64,000 nucleotides of DNA, from NCBI GenBank assembly GCA_963833225.1, contig CAWHXD010000007.1, positions 416,001 through 480,000 of the forward strand, written 5' to 3'. The notes under the pieces are model-generated. The model did not search any database. It saw only the letters and a program-made list of their open reading frames with translations, and was not told the DNA's origin. How positions within the stretch are numbered: the stretch's first letter is position 1; each line of letters starts with the position of its first letter. A program made the translations under genes and the position numbers. This document shows positions 10,856 to 21,141 of the stretch, piece by piece. The DNA comes from an uncultured Chloroflexia bacterium. GTDB lineage: Bacteria > Chloroflexota > Limnocylindria > Limnocylindrales > CSP1-4.

Positions 10856-11832
10856 GCGACGCTCGCCCGCGCCGCGCCGCCCGCCGCGTCTCCGGATCTG
10901 GATCCAGGCCGCGCGGCCCGGCGACGCTGCCCGCCGCGGTGGCCGGCGTGGTCGTCGGGTCTGGGCGCCGCGCCTGGCCGCGGGCGCCCCGTTCCGTCCC
11001 GACACCGCCGCTCGGCTGCGTGCTGGTCGCGCTGCTGCTCCAGGTGCTCGCCAACTTCGCCAACGACCTGTCCGACTTCCGCCGCGGTGCGGACACCCCG
11101 GACCGGGCCGGACCGGTCCGTGTTGCCGCGGCCGGGCTCGTGACCGAGCGACAGCTGGAGGCTGGCGATCGCCGCTGACGATCGGCGCTCGCCGGGCTCG
11201 TCGGCCTGTACCTGGTCCTGGTGGGCGGCGTGGTGCTGCTCGCGCTGGGCGTGCTGGCCGTCGTCGCGGCGCTCGCCTACACCGGCGGCCCGTTCCCGTA
11301 CGGCTACCGGGCGCTGGGCGAGGTGTTCGTGTTCATCTTCTTCGGGCTGGTGGCCGTGGCCGGCACCGCGTACCTCCAGGCGCTCCGGTTCGACGGCCTG
11401 TTCCTGTGGTCGCGCGTGCCCGGCGGCGCGCTGATCACCGCGATCCTGGTCGTCAACAACCTGCGCGACATCCCCACCGACACGGCCGCCGGCAAGCGGA
11501 CCCTCGCCGTGGTGATCGGGAAGCGGCGCACCCAGGCCGAGTACGGGGCCCTGCTCGGGCTCGCCTACTTCGTGCCCGCGATGCTGTTTCTCGCCTTCAT
11601 CGGCGGCTGGACGCCATCGGGTGGCGCCGCGCCGCTGACCCCGCTCGTGCTGCTGCCGATGCTGACGATGCCGATGACGTCCTCGCTGCTGGCGAAGGTG
11701 CGGGGGTTCGACGAGCCCCGGGAGCTCAACCTGGTGCTGGCCGGGACCGCGAAGCTGTCGCTGGTGTTCGGGCTGCTGTTCGGGCTGGGCCTGGCCTTGG
11801 CGGGCTGGGCTCCAGCGGGGATCGGGGCCTGA
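10852..11832 (+). CDS. menA: DHNA polyprenyltransferase (frameshifted in 5' part)
   Basis: [42 protein letters not shown]. Confidence 0.92.
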
Positions 11833-12915
11833 TGGGGACGGTTCGGTTCCACCGGGTGCGGGTGCCGTTCAGGGTCCCGTTTGTCACCGCGGTCGGGACG
11901 TGGATGACTCGCGAGTCGTGGCTGGTGCGGATCGCCGATGACGATGGGAACGCGGGCTGGGGCGAGGCCGTGCTCGAGGACGAGGCGGACATCCCGGTCC
12001 TTGAGGGGCTCCTCGGTGAGCTGGCAGCCGTGGGGCTGGTGCCGTCGCCGGCGCTCGTCTCGCGGGCTGGGGCTCCCGGTCGGGCATTCCGGGCGGCGCT
12101 GGACGGCGCTCGACTGGACGTCCTGGCGCAGCGCCCCGAGGCGAACGCCGCTGACGCCCCGTCCGTCGGCGTCAACGCTGGTCCTCGCCGCGACCAACGT
12201 CGAGGCGGCTGCGGCGGCCGCGGCGCGGGCGGTGGAGGCCGGCTTCCGCACCCTCAAGATCAAGGCCGCACCCGACGATACGACCGCGACGCTCGTGGCC
12301 CGGGTGGCTGCCGTGCGGGCCGTGGCCGGCGACGAGGTGGCGCTCCGGCTGGACGTGAACGGGACCTGGGCGCTCGAGGAGGCGGTCGAGCGCCTCCGCG
12401 CGCTGGCCGGCTTCGCGCTCGCGTACGTGGAGCAGCCGCTGCACCCCAAGGACCTCGCGGGTGCTGCCGCCCTGCGCGGACAGGCGGGGATGCGCGTCGC
12501 GGCCGACGAGGCGATCGACTCGGTCGATGGGGCCAGGGCCGTGCTGGCGGCGGGCGCCGCCGACGTCCTGGTGGTCAAGCCGGCCCGGGTCGGCGGACCG
12601 GTCCCGGTGACCGAGATCGCGTTGCTCGCGGCTGATCTCGGGGTCCCGGTGGTCGTGAGCTCGATGTTCGAGACGGGCGTGGGCCTGGCCGTGGCACTCG
12701 CCTGCGCGGCGACGCTCCCGGACGTCCCGGGGTGGCCCGCGATGGAGCGCGACCACGGGCTCGCGACGGCGGACCTTCTCGAAGACGATCTGATCGTCGC
12801 GCCGTTCGTCGTGACCGACGGCCGGATGCAGGCGCCCTTCGGGTCGGGCTGCGGCGGCCTGGGCGTGACCGTTGACGAATCGGCCCTCGATCGCTACGGC
12901 GTGGACGACGCGTGA
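11832..12915 (+). CDS. menC: o-succinylbenzoate synthase (frameshift near 12175)
   Basis: Enolase-superfamily TLKIK, LRLDVNG, VEQP, AADE and VVKP motifs; men operon. Confidence 0.88.
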
Positions 12916-15125
12916 CGGCGGCCTGGTTCGCCGACAAGCGCCTCGCGGTGCTGGCGCGCGATACGGGTGCGGCGCCCGCGGTGGTCGATGCGGACGGCGT
13001 CCTGGCGTGGCGCGACCTCGACGACCGGGTGTCCGTGGTTGCGCGCTTGGTGACGAACGAGGGCGTTGGGCCGGGAGGGCGGGTCGCCCTGCTGGGCGGG
13101 GCGTCGGCGGGCGCCGTGGCGGCGATCCTGGGTGTCCTGCGCGCGGGCGCCGTCGCGGCACCGGTGGCGTCGGGCCTGACCGGGCGCGAGCTGACCGCTG
13201 CCACGCGGGCGCTCGATCCGGCGCTGGTCCTGCGGGTGGTCGATCTCTCGGGCCGGGACGCGCCTGGAGAGGCGCTGCCCCCGGTCGTCGTCGGTCGCGA
13301 TCCCGAGGATCCTGCCCTGGTGGTCGGGACGTCGGGGACGACGGGCCGGCCGCGTGGCGTGGTGCTCTCGCACCGGGCGATGGCCGCGAGCGCCGAGGCC
13401 TGGATGGCCATCCTGCCCCCGGCCACGGGCTGGATCCTGCCCCTCGGGCTGGCGCACGTCGCCGGGCTCGGGATCCTGTGGCGGGCGCTCCGGGACGGCG
13501 TTCCGATCACGCTGGTGCCGCGCGGCGACCCGGCCGCCCTGCTCCGTGCCCTCGGGGCCGTGCCGGCTCCCAGTCACGTGTCGCTCGTGCCCACCCAGCT
13601 CGCCCGCCTCCTCGACATCGCCGGTGGACCACCTCCGGCCACCCTCCGGGCGGTGCTCCTCGGTGGCGGCCCGATCCCGCCCGCCCTCGTGACCCGCGCG
13701 CTGCGCGCGGGCTGGCCGGTCGTGCCCACGTACGGGCTCTCGGAGACCGCGTCCGGGGCCAGCGCGCTCGACCCGGAGGAGGCATGGGACCATCCCAATT
13801 CCGCCGGCCGGCCGCTTCCCGGCGTCCACCTCGCCATCGCGGACGAGGGTCGTGACGGCGTCGGCGAGATCGTGGTGCAGTCCACCGCGCGATGCTCCGG
13901 ATACCTGGACGACGGGGCTGGGGCCGCGGCGCCCGACGACCCGCTTCGCACGGGCGACCTGGGCCGGCTCGATGGCGAGGGGCGCCTGTTCGTCATGGAC
14001 CGCCGTCTCGACCGGATCGTCCGTGGCGGGGAGAACATCGCTCCCGCGGAGGTCGAGGCGGTGATCCTGGAGCACCCGGCCGTCGCCGACGCGGCCGTCG
14101 TGGCGCGCCCGGACGAGACGCTCGGGCAGGTCCCGGTCGCGGCGATCGTGCTCCGCTCCGGCGCCCGGGATCCTGGTGACGACGCCCTTGCCGCCCACGC
14201 CCGAGCGTCGCTGGCCGGGTTCAAGGTGCCGGCCGCGTGGGCCCGCCTTGACGAGCTGCCCAGGACCCCCGGCGGCAAGCTTCGCCGGGAAGCGGTCCGC
14301 GCGCTGCTCGCCGGCGAGCCGGTCGGGGTGCTGGCGCGACCGGGGGGCGATGCCATCGGCTGGCGGGTCACGGGAACCGGACGGCGGCACCTGGTCCTGC
14401 TGCACGGGACGCTCAGCAGCGCGCGGCAGCTGGACCGGCTGGCCCAGGCCCTGGCGGCGCCGGGAGACCTGACGGTCCATGCCCTCGACCGGCGCGGCAG
14501 CGGCTCGAGCCGCCTGGTGGTCCCGAACCCGCTCGACGTCGCCACGCACCTCGGCGACATCCGCGCCTACCTCGACGCCCGCGCGATCGACCGTGTCGAT
14601 ATCGCCGGCATGAGCTTCGGGGGAGCGCTTGCCCTCGAGCTTGCCGCCCGGTTCCCGGACCGCGTGCGCGCCGTCGTCGCGTACGAGCCACCGTATGGTC
14701 CCGTGGCGGACCCGGACACCCTCGCGTGGTTCGGGCGCCTCGCCGCCGACACCACCCGGGCCCACGCCGAGCGCGGCCCGGCCGGTGCGGCCGAGTCGTT
14801 CCTGCGCGCGGTCGCGGGCGACGCCGCGTGGGATCGCCTCTCCCCGCGGGGTCGCGCGTTTCTCGAGGGTGAGGGTGACGGCGCCCTGGTCGACTCGAAC
14901 CTGGCCGGCCTGGACCCTGGCGGCCTCGGCCGGATCACCTGCCCCGTCGTGATCCTGACCGGCAGCGCGTCCGAGCCGTTCTACGCGCCCATCGCCGACG
15001 CCCTGGCGGCGCGCATCCGTGGCGCCCGCCGGGATACCCTCGAGGGCCTCACGCACCCGTCGCCCATCACGCAGCCGGACATCGTGGCCGCCACCATCCG
15101 GGCCTGCCTGGAGCTTCCCGCATGA
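12912..15125 (+). CDS. menE: OSB-CoA ligase MenE fused to a C-terminal alpha/beta hydrolase
   Basis: TSGTTGRPRG, YGLSET, RTGDLG and GGKL ligase motifs, then LLHG, DRRGSGSS, GMSFGG and a late His (GLTHPS). Confidence 0.85.
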   Translation: MTAAWFADKRLAVLARDTGAAPAVVDADGVLAWRDLDDRVSVVARLVTNEGVGPGGRVALLGGASAGAVAAILGVLRAGAVAAPVASGLTGRELTAATRALDPALVLRVVDLSGRDAPGEALPPVVVGRDPEDPALVVGTSGTTGRPRGVVLSHRAMAASAEAWMAILPPATGWILPLGLAHVAGLGILWRALRDGVPITLVPRGDPAALLRALGAVPAPSHVSLVPTQLARLLDIAGGPPPATLRAVLLGGGPIPPALVTRALRAGWPVVPTYGLSETASGASALDPEEAWDHPNSAGRPLPGVHLAIADEGRDGVGEIVVQSTARCSGYLDDGAGAAAPDDPLRTGDLGRLDGEGRLFVMDRRLDRIVRGGENIAPAEVEAVILEHPAVADAAVVARPDETLGQVPVAAIVLRSGARDPGDDALAAHARASLAGFKVPAAWARLDELPRTPGGKLRREAVRALLAGEPVGVLARPGGDAIGWRVTGTGRRHLVLLHGTLSSARQLDRLAQALAAPGDLTVHALDRRGSGSSRLVVPNPLDVATHLGDIRAYLDARAIDRVDIAGMSFGGALALELAARFPDRVRAVVAYEPPYGPVADPDTLAWFGRLAADTTRAHAERGPAGAAESFLRAVAGDAAWDRLSPRGRAFLEGEGDGALVDSNLAGLDPGGLGRITCPVVILTGSASEPFYAPIADALAARIRGARRDTLEGLTHPSPITQPDIVAATIRACLELPA

Positions 15126-15901
15126 CCCCGTCCCTGCCGCCGGACCACACGCCGTCGGGCGCCTCCACCGGCGCCGGCAACGCCGCCGCCCCGCCCGAGG
15201 TCCAGGTCATGTTCGACCGGATCGCGCCCAAGTACGACCTGATGAACCTCCTCATCTCCGCGTTCCAGGAGCCGCGGTGGCGGAAGCGGCTGGTGGCGCG
15301 CTCGGAGCTCCAGCCGGGCGGCGCGGCGCTCGACGTCGCCTCCGGGACGGGCAAGGTCGCGGCGGATCTGCACAGGCGCGTCCTGCCGTTCGGGCGAGTG
15401 CTGGGCGTGGACCTGTCGCCGGGGATGACGGCCGTGGCGCAGGAGCGGTACGCAGGCCGTCCGGGTCTCAGCTATGTCGTGGGCGATGCGCTCGCCCTGC
15501 CCACCGAGGACGCCACCTTCGACGCGGCGACCATCGCCTTCGGCATGCGCAACCTCCCCGACTACCGGCGCGGGTTCGCGGAGATGGCGCGATCCGTGCG
15601 GCCCGGGGGGAAGGTGCTGTGCCTGGAGATCGCGCGGCCGCGGTCCCGGCTGGCCCGGTTCATGCGGTGGTGGTTTGACCGGGTGGTCCCGATCCTTGGC
15701 CGGGCTGCCGGGCAGGGCGGCGCCTACGGGTACCTGGTTCGCAGCGTCCAGGCCTATCCCTCGCCCGAGCGGATCGCGGAGATCATGGGCGAGGCCGGGC
15801 TGGTGGACGTGACGTGGCAGGCGCTGACCGGAGGGATCGTCACCCTCCACGAGGGAATGGTTCCCGTCCGGGAGCCGGCAAGCGAGGAGATGACTCGATG
15901 A
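15122..15901 (+). CDS. menG: Demethylmenaquinone methyltransferase (MenG/UbiE)
   Basis: MFDRIAPKYDLMN, LDVASGTG, IAFGMRN, YGYLVRSV. Confidence 0.92.
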   Translation: MTPSLPPDHTPSGASTGAGNAAAPPEVQVMFDRIAPKYDLMNLLISAFQEPRWRKRLVARSELQPGGAALDVASGTGKVAADLHRRVLPFGRVLGVDLSPGMTAVAQERYAGRPGLSYVVGDALALPTEDATFDAATIAFGMRNLPDYRRGFAEMARSVRPGGKVLCLEIARPRSRLARFMRWWFDRVVPILGRAAGQGGAYGYLVRSVQAYPSPERIAEIMGEAGLVDVTWQALTGGIVTLHEGMVPVREPASEEMTR

Positions 15902-16233
15902 TCGTGTGCGTGCCCGTGACGGCCGACGGCGCTGTTGACCCCCGATGGGGACGGGCGGCACGCGTCGCCGTGGCCCGGCTTGCCGGCGGGCAGGTCGTGA
16001 GCTGGGAGGAGCACGCCGTCGCGTGGGATGCGCTCCACGACGTTGGTACCGAGGGCGGCCACCACGCCCGGGTCGCGCGGTTCCTCCAGGACCACGGCGT
16101 GCAGGTGGTGGTGGCCGGCCACATGGGTCCGCCGATGGTCCAGATGCTGGGCAAGCTGCGGATCGTGGCCAGGCTGGGCGCCGACGGGGACGCGCGGCAG
16201 GCCGTGGAGGCGATGGCTCCGCTCGAGCACTAG
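15898..16233 (+). CDS. NifB/NifX-like cofactor-binding domain protein
   Basis: VDPRWGRA...VVVAGHMG pattern; ATGA overlap with menG. Confidence 0.75.
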   Translation: MIVCVPVTADGAVDPRWGRAARVAVARLAGGQVVSWEEHAVAWDALHDVGTEGGHHARVARFLQDHGVQVVVAGHMGPPMVQMLGKLRIVARLGADGDARQAVEAMAPLEH

Positions 16234-16323
16234 CGGCTCGCTGGGGGTATCGCGCGGTCACGCCGCCGCGGAGGAGCCCCGGCGCGGGGTCGCCGCGTCG
16301 CCACCGCGGCGTATCCTGCCCCG

Positions 16324-17586
16324 ATGCCCAACCCGATGACCGCCGCCGCGGAGGCGATTGCTCCAGCGCGCCTCGGCCCCGGCTTCCGCCGGCTGCTCGC
16401 GGCCTCGCTGGTCACCAACACCGGCGACGGCATCGCGCTTGCCGCCGGGCCGCTGCTCGTCGCGTCGCAGAGCCGCGACCCGCTGGTGGTCTCGATGGCG
16501 TTGCTCGCCCAGCACGTGCCGGTGCTGCTGTTCGGGTTTGCCGCGGGCCTGGTCGCCGACCGGTTCGACCGTCGGTGGGTCATCGTGGGTGTCAACCTGG
16601 TCCGGGCGGCTGTCCTCGCGCTGCTCGCGATCACGATCACGACCGGGGTCGTCAACATCGCCGTGGTGCTGGGGGCGTTGTTCGTGCTCGGCACCGCCGA
16701 GACGTTTGCGGACGTTGGCAGCGCGAGCATCCTGCCGCGGCTCGTTCGCCGCCAGGACCTCGGCATCGCCAACGCGCGCCTGACCGGGTCGGTGCTCGTG
16801 ACCAACGAGCTCCTGGCGCCGCCGATCGGGGCATTCGTGTTCGCGATCGGGATGGCGCTCCCGTTCGCGGCCGACGCGGCCTGCTTCCTTCTCGGCGCCG
16901 TGATCGTGAGCCGCCTGCAGTACTCGCAGGGGGAGGGGATCGGGCGCCCCATCTCCCGGGGCTGGCGCTCGGACATGGCCGAGGGCATCCGCTGGCTCAT
17001 GACGCACCCGCCCATGCGCACCCTGCTCATCACGATCGTCGCGTTCAATGTCACCTACGGCGCCGCCTGGGGCGTGCTGGTCCTGTACGCAACCGAGCGG
17101 CTGGCCATGGACGCGGTCGGCTTCGGCCTGATCACGACAGCGATGGCCATCGGCGGGATCATCGGCACGGTCATGTACGGGCGCCTGGAGCGCCGGTTCG
17201 CGCTCGCGGACATCATGCGCGTGGGGCTGCTGATCGAGACCCTCACCCACCTGACGCTGGCCCTGACGACCCTGCCGGCGGTTGCGCTCGTCACGTTCGT
17301 GGTGTTTGGCGCCCACGCGTTCGTGTGGGGCACGACGGCGACGGCGGTCCGCCAGCGCGCGGTGCCCGATGCGCTGCTGGGGCGGGTGACGGGGGTCTAC
17401 CACGTTGGGGTGATGCTCGGGATCGTGGTCGGGACGCCGATCGGCGGGCTGCTCGCGCGCGGGTACGGGATCACCGCTCCCTTCTGGTTCGGGTTCGCGG
17501 GATCGGCGATCCTGGTGACCCTGCTGTGGCGCCAGTTCACCCACATCGTCCATGCCGGTGATGCGGAAGTCGATGGCACGGTTTGA
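16324..17586 (+). CDS. MFS transporter
   Basis: About 12 hydrophobic segments; GLVADRFDRR motif A. Confidence 0.9.
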   Translation: MPNPMTAAAEAIAPARLGPGFRRLLAASLVTNTGDGIALAAGPLLVASQSRDPLVVSMALLAQHVPVLLFGFAAGLVADRFDRRWVIVGVNLVRAAVLALLAITITTGVVNIAVVLGALFVLGTAETFADVGSASILPRLVRRQDLGIANARLTGSVLVTNELLAPPIGAFVFAIGMALPFAADAACFLLGAVIVSRLQYSQGEGIGRPISRGWRSDMAEGIRWLMTHPPMRTLLITIVAFNVTYGAAWGVLVLYATERLAMDAVGFGLITTAMAIGGIIGTVMYGRLERRFALADIMRVGLLIETLTHLTLALTTLPAVALVTFVVFGAHAFVWGTTATAVRQRAVPDALLGRVTGVYHVGVMLGIVVGTPIGGLLARGYGITAPFWFGFAGSAILVTLLWRQFTHIVHAGDAEVDGTV

Positions 17587-17621
17587 CACCGATTGACAAG
17601 ATCTGACGCCACCACTAGCCT
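17583..17621 (+). promoter_or_regulatory. Sigma70-type promoter overlapped by 10-bp-phased direct repeats
   Basis: TTGACA (17593)-17 nt-TAGCCT (17616); TTGACA, TTGACA and CTGACG at 17583, 17593 and 17603. Confidence 0.75.
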
Positions 17622-17628
17622 GATGCAC

Positions 17629-18075
17629 ATGGGCGACACGCGATACCTGTCGGCGAAGGAGACGGCGGAGCGGCTGGGGATCAGCCTGCGCACGGTGAGG
17701 CGGCGGATCGCGGACGGGTCGCTGCCCAGCGTGAAGATCGGTGGCGCCGTACGGATCCCGGCGTCCGCACTGGAGGCGCCGGTACCCACCGCGGGTCCGG
17801 GCGCCACTCGTGAGGCCGTCGCGCCATACGCCACCGAGCGCGAGTCACGCGAGGCCTACATCCGGCGCTGGAACCGGGACCACTGGCCGGACACCTATGA
17901 GCGAATGCTCGAGCGGCGCCGAGAAGGGTTCGAGCAGCTCGCGGAGGCGAGGAAGCGCACCAGGCCGCCCAGCGGGCCGCACGACACCGTTGACGCCATC
18001 CTCAACCAGGTCCGCGACGAATTCGGTGCCCGCCTGCTCCAGTTCATCCCCGAGCGCAAGGAGTCCGCAGAGTGA
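17629..18075 (+). CDS. Excisionase-like HTH protein, probable antitoxin
   Basis: YLSAKETAERLGISLRTVRRRIADGSLPSVKIGGAVRIP; coupled to PIN gene. Confidence 0.8.
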   Translation: MGDTRYLSAKETAERLGISLRTVRRRIADGSLPSVKIGGAVRIPASALEAPVPTAGPGATREAVAPYATERESREAYIRRWNRDHWPDTYERMLERRREGFEQLAEARKRTRPPSGPHDTVDAILNQVRDEFGARLLQFIPERKESAE

Positions 18076-18523
18076 GCACCGCCGTCATCGATGCGAGCGT
18101 CGTCCTGCGCTGGGCATTCGGCGATGAGGCGGACCGCGAGGGAGCCGAACGGGTTGCGTCGGCGATCGCGTCGGGCCAGCTCGACGTCGAGGGTCCACCG
18201 AACTTCCTGCTCGAGGTTTGCGCGGCGCTGGTGATCGGGCTGCGGACCGGAAGGATCGACCGCGGCACGGCCGCCATGTGCTCGCCGGCCTTGCCAAGGT
18301 GGCGATCTCGGAGGGTGACCCCCATGGGTTCGCCCTCGTCGCGTTCGAGCTCGCGCTGGGCCACGGCATCCGCGTGCCGGATGCCGCGTACGTCGAGGTC
18401 GCCCGGCGCACTCGTGCCATGCTGATCAGCGCCGACCGGGCTCAGCTCGAGGCGGCGGCTGCCCTCGGCATCGTGACGATGCCGATCGCGGACGTCCGGT
18501 CGGGCTTTCCTGACAGCCCCTGA
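18072..18523 (+). CDS. PIN-domain (VapC-like) toxin, frameshift near 18280
   Basis: VIDASVVLRW at the N-terminus; DAAYVEVA...LISADRAQ in a second frame. Confidence 0.8.
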
Positions 18524-18552
18524 CGCCGGCGGCGCGGTACCATGCGTCGCCC

Positions 18553-19497
18553 ATGCCCGACCCGACCGCGGTGTCTGCGCCGCTCATCCATGCCCGGAAC
18601 CTGACCAAGCGGTTCGCCTCGCTGACCGCCGTGGACGGCATCGACTTCGACGTTGCCCGGGGCGAGAGCTTCGGGTTCCTGGGCCCGAATGGCGCCGGCA
18701 AGACCAGCGCGATGCGGATGATCGGCTGCGTGTCCCCCGTGAGCGACGGGACCCTGCGGGTCCTGGGCCTGGACCCGGCCACGCACGGGCCCGAGATCCG
18801 CAGCCGGCTCGGCGTCGTGCCCCAGCAGGACACCCTGGACACGGAGCTGTCGGTCCGCGACAACCTCGTGATCTACGGGCGCTACTTTGGGCTTTCCCGG
18901 GCGGAGTCGCGGGCTCGAGCGGACGACCTCCTCGACTTCGCGCAGCTGACCGAGCGAGCGAACGACAAGGTCGAGCCCCTCTCGGGCGGCATGAAGCGCC
19001 GGCTGACCATCGCTCGCGCCCTGATCAACGAGCCGTCCATCCTCCTGCTCGACGAACCCACCACCGGCCTGGACCCGCAGGCCAGGCACCTGCTGTGGGA
19101 GCGCCTCTACCGGCTCAAGCAACGCGGCGTGACGCTCGTCCTCACGACCCACTACATGGACGAGGCCGAGCAGCTGTGCGACCGGCTGGTGGTCATGGAC
19201 AAGGGCGGGATCGCCGCCGAGGGATCGCCGCGCGACCTGATCGAGCGCTACGCCACCCGGGAGGTGACGGAGCTCCGGTTCCCGGTGGGCGTCCAGGAGA
19301 CGCTGGGTGCACAGCTCGACGGCCTGGGCGAGCGCATCGAGCAGCTGCCGGACCGCGTGCTCGTGTACTCGGACGATGGCGATGCGACCGCGGCCGCCGT
19401 CCAGGCGCGCGGCCTCACCCCCCAGACCGTCCTCGTCCGCCGGAGCTCGCTTGAGGACGTGTTCCTGAGGCTCACCGGCCGGACCCTCGTCGACTGA
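18553..19497 (+). CDS. ABC exporter ATP-binding subunit (NodI-like)
   Basis: GPNGAGKT, LSGGMKRR, LDEPTTGLDPQAR. Confidence 0.95.
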   Translation: MPDPTAVSAPLIHARNLTKRFASLTAVDGIDFDVARGESFGFLGPNGAGKTSAMRMIGCVSPVSDGTLRVLGLDPATHGPEIRSRLGVVPQQDTLDTELSVRDNLVIYGRYFGLSRAESRARADDLLDFAQLTERANDKVEPLSGGMKRRLTIARALINEPSILLLDEPTTGLDPQARHLLWERLYRLKQRGVTLVLTTHYMDEAEQLCDRLVVMDKGGIAAEGSPRDLIERYATREVTELRFPVGVQETLGAQLDGLGERIEQLPDRVLVYSDDGDATAAAVQARGLTPQTVLVRRSSLEDVFLRLTGRTLVD

Positions 19498-20327
19498 TGG
19501 CCGTCGCGGAGGCTCCGATCGGGCGCGGGGAGGTGCCCGCCACCACGATCCGCCAGGCGCTGGTCGCCGCGTACGAGCACCAGCTGCTCCTGTACCTGCG
19601 GACCTGGCGCGGGTCCATCTTCGGCAGCTTCGCCCAGCCGGTCCTGTTCCTGGTGGCCATGGGGATGGGTCTCGGATCGTTCGTGGATCGCGGAGGTGCC
19701 GGCGCGCTCGGTGGGGTGCCGTATCTCCAGTTCCTGGCGCCGGCCCTGCTCGTGTCCACGGTCATGCAGGGCTCCGTGTTCGCGGCCACCTTCCCGGTGA
19801 TGGACGGGTTCCACTGGTCGCGCCGCTACCACGCCATGTACGCCACGCCGCTCTCCCCGTACGCGATCGCGTTCGGGCAGATGGCCTGGATCGCGACGCG
19901 GGCGACGCTGGTGGCGGCGATCTTCATCCTCATGGTCGTGCTGCTGGGGGCCGCCGCCACGCCCGGCGTGATCCTCGCCGTGCCCGTCGGGACGCTGACC
20001 GGCCTCGCCTTTGCGGGACCGATCGCGGCCTTCATGTCGACCCAGCGCGACACCACGGCCTTCAACTCGATCTGGCGCTTCGGGATCACGCCGCTGTTCC
20101 TGTTCTCGGGCACCTTCTTCCCGATCTCGCAGCTGCCGGATCTCCTCCAGCCGGTGGCCTGGGCGCTGCCCCTGTGGCACGGGGTGGATCTTGCCCGCGC
20201 GCTGTCCCTGGGCACGGTGATGGACAACCCGCTGCTCCACCTCGCCCACCTCGGGATCCTGCTCACGGGTGCCATCGGCGGCACCGCGGCGACGTTCGTG
20301 ATGTTCCGGCGGCGGCTGGAGCGATGA
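19497..20327 (+). CDS. ABC-2 type permease
   Basis: Hydrophobic; PLFLFSGTFFP; coupled to the ATPase. Confidence 0.9.
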   Translation: MAVAEAPIGRGEVPATTIRQALVAAYEHQLLLYLRTWRGSIFGSFAQPVLFLVAMGMGLGSFVDRGGAGALGGVPYLQFLAPALLVSTVMQGSVFAATFPVMDGFHWSRRYHAMYATPLSPYAIAFGQMAWIATRATLVAAIFILMVVLLGAAATPGVILAVPVGTLTGLAFAGPIAAFMSTQRDTTAFNSIWRFGITPLFLFSGTFFPISQLPDLLQPVAWALPLWHGVDLARALSLGTVMDNPLLHLAHLGILLTGAIGGTAATFVMFRRRLER

Positions 20328-21133
20328 GCGCGCTGCTTGCGGCCGGCCGCGTGCTGCCGTTCGGGATCGGCGGCCGTCGTGCCCTCCTGATCATCGAGCG
20401 CAACTACCTGATCTTCCGGTCGGCCTGGCTGGTGATCCTGGCCGGGTTCTTCGAGCCGCTGTTCTACCTGCTCTCGATCGGGCTCGGGATCGGGGGGCTG
20501 GTGGGCGACGTGCCGGGACCCGGGGGCGAGCCCATCCCGTACGCCCTGTTCGTGGCGCCCGCGCTGCTGGCCTCGGCCTCGATGAACGGGGCGATCGCCG
20601 AGTCCACGTTCAACGTGTTCTTCAAGCTCAACTACCAGAAGACCTACGACGCGATCCTGGCCACGCCGCTTGCGACCGGGGACGTCGCCCTGGGCGAGAT
20701 CGGGTGGGCGGTCATCCGCGCCACCATGTACGCCGTCGGGTTCCTGGTGGTGGTCTTCGTGCTGGGGCTGGTGCGATCTCCGTGGGCGGTGTTCGCCGTG
20801 CCCGCCGCGACCCTGCTCGCGTTCGCGTTCGCCGCCGTGGGCATGGCCGCCACGACGTTCATGCGCAGCTGGCAGGACTTCGACCTGATCAACCTCGTCG
20901 TGCTGCCCCTGTTCCTGTTCTCCGGCACGTTCTTCCCGATCACCGCCTACCCCGACGCACTGCGCGGCGTGGTCATGCTCACCCCGCTGTGGCAGGGCGT
21001 GGACATGATCCGGTCGCTGATCATGGGCGCGGTCGATCCATCGATCCTGTGGCATGTCGCCTACCTGGGTGCGATGGGGCTGGTGGGGCTGGCCGTGGTG
21101 GCGCGACGGCTGGACCGGATGCTGCTCAAGTAG
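20324..21133 (+). CDS. ABC-2 type permease
   Basis: Paralogue of the preceding gene; PLFLFSGTFFP. Confidence 0.9.
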   Translation: MSALLAAGRVLPFGIGGRRALLIIERNYLIFRSAWLVILAGFFEPLFYLLSIGLGIGGLVGDVPGPGGEPIPYALFVAPALLASASMNGAIAESTFNVFFKLNYQKTYDAILATPLATGDVALGEIGWAVIRATMYAVGFLVVVFVLGLVRSPWAVFAVPAATLLAFAFAAVGMAATTFMRSWQDFDLINLVVLPLFLFSGTFFPITAYPDALRGVVMLTPLWQGVDMIRSLIMGAVDPSILWHVAYLGAMGLVGLAVVARRLDRMLLK

Positions 21134-21141
21134 CCGGGCCG

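Noticed and set aside
17201-17211. CGCTCGCGGAC matches inside coding regions (also near 44190)
   Set aside because: They encode common Leu-Ala-Asp codons in high-GC DNA and lack the GGGTGACATT half of the motif.
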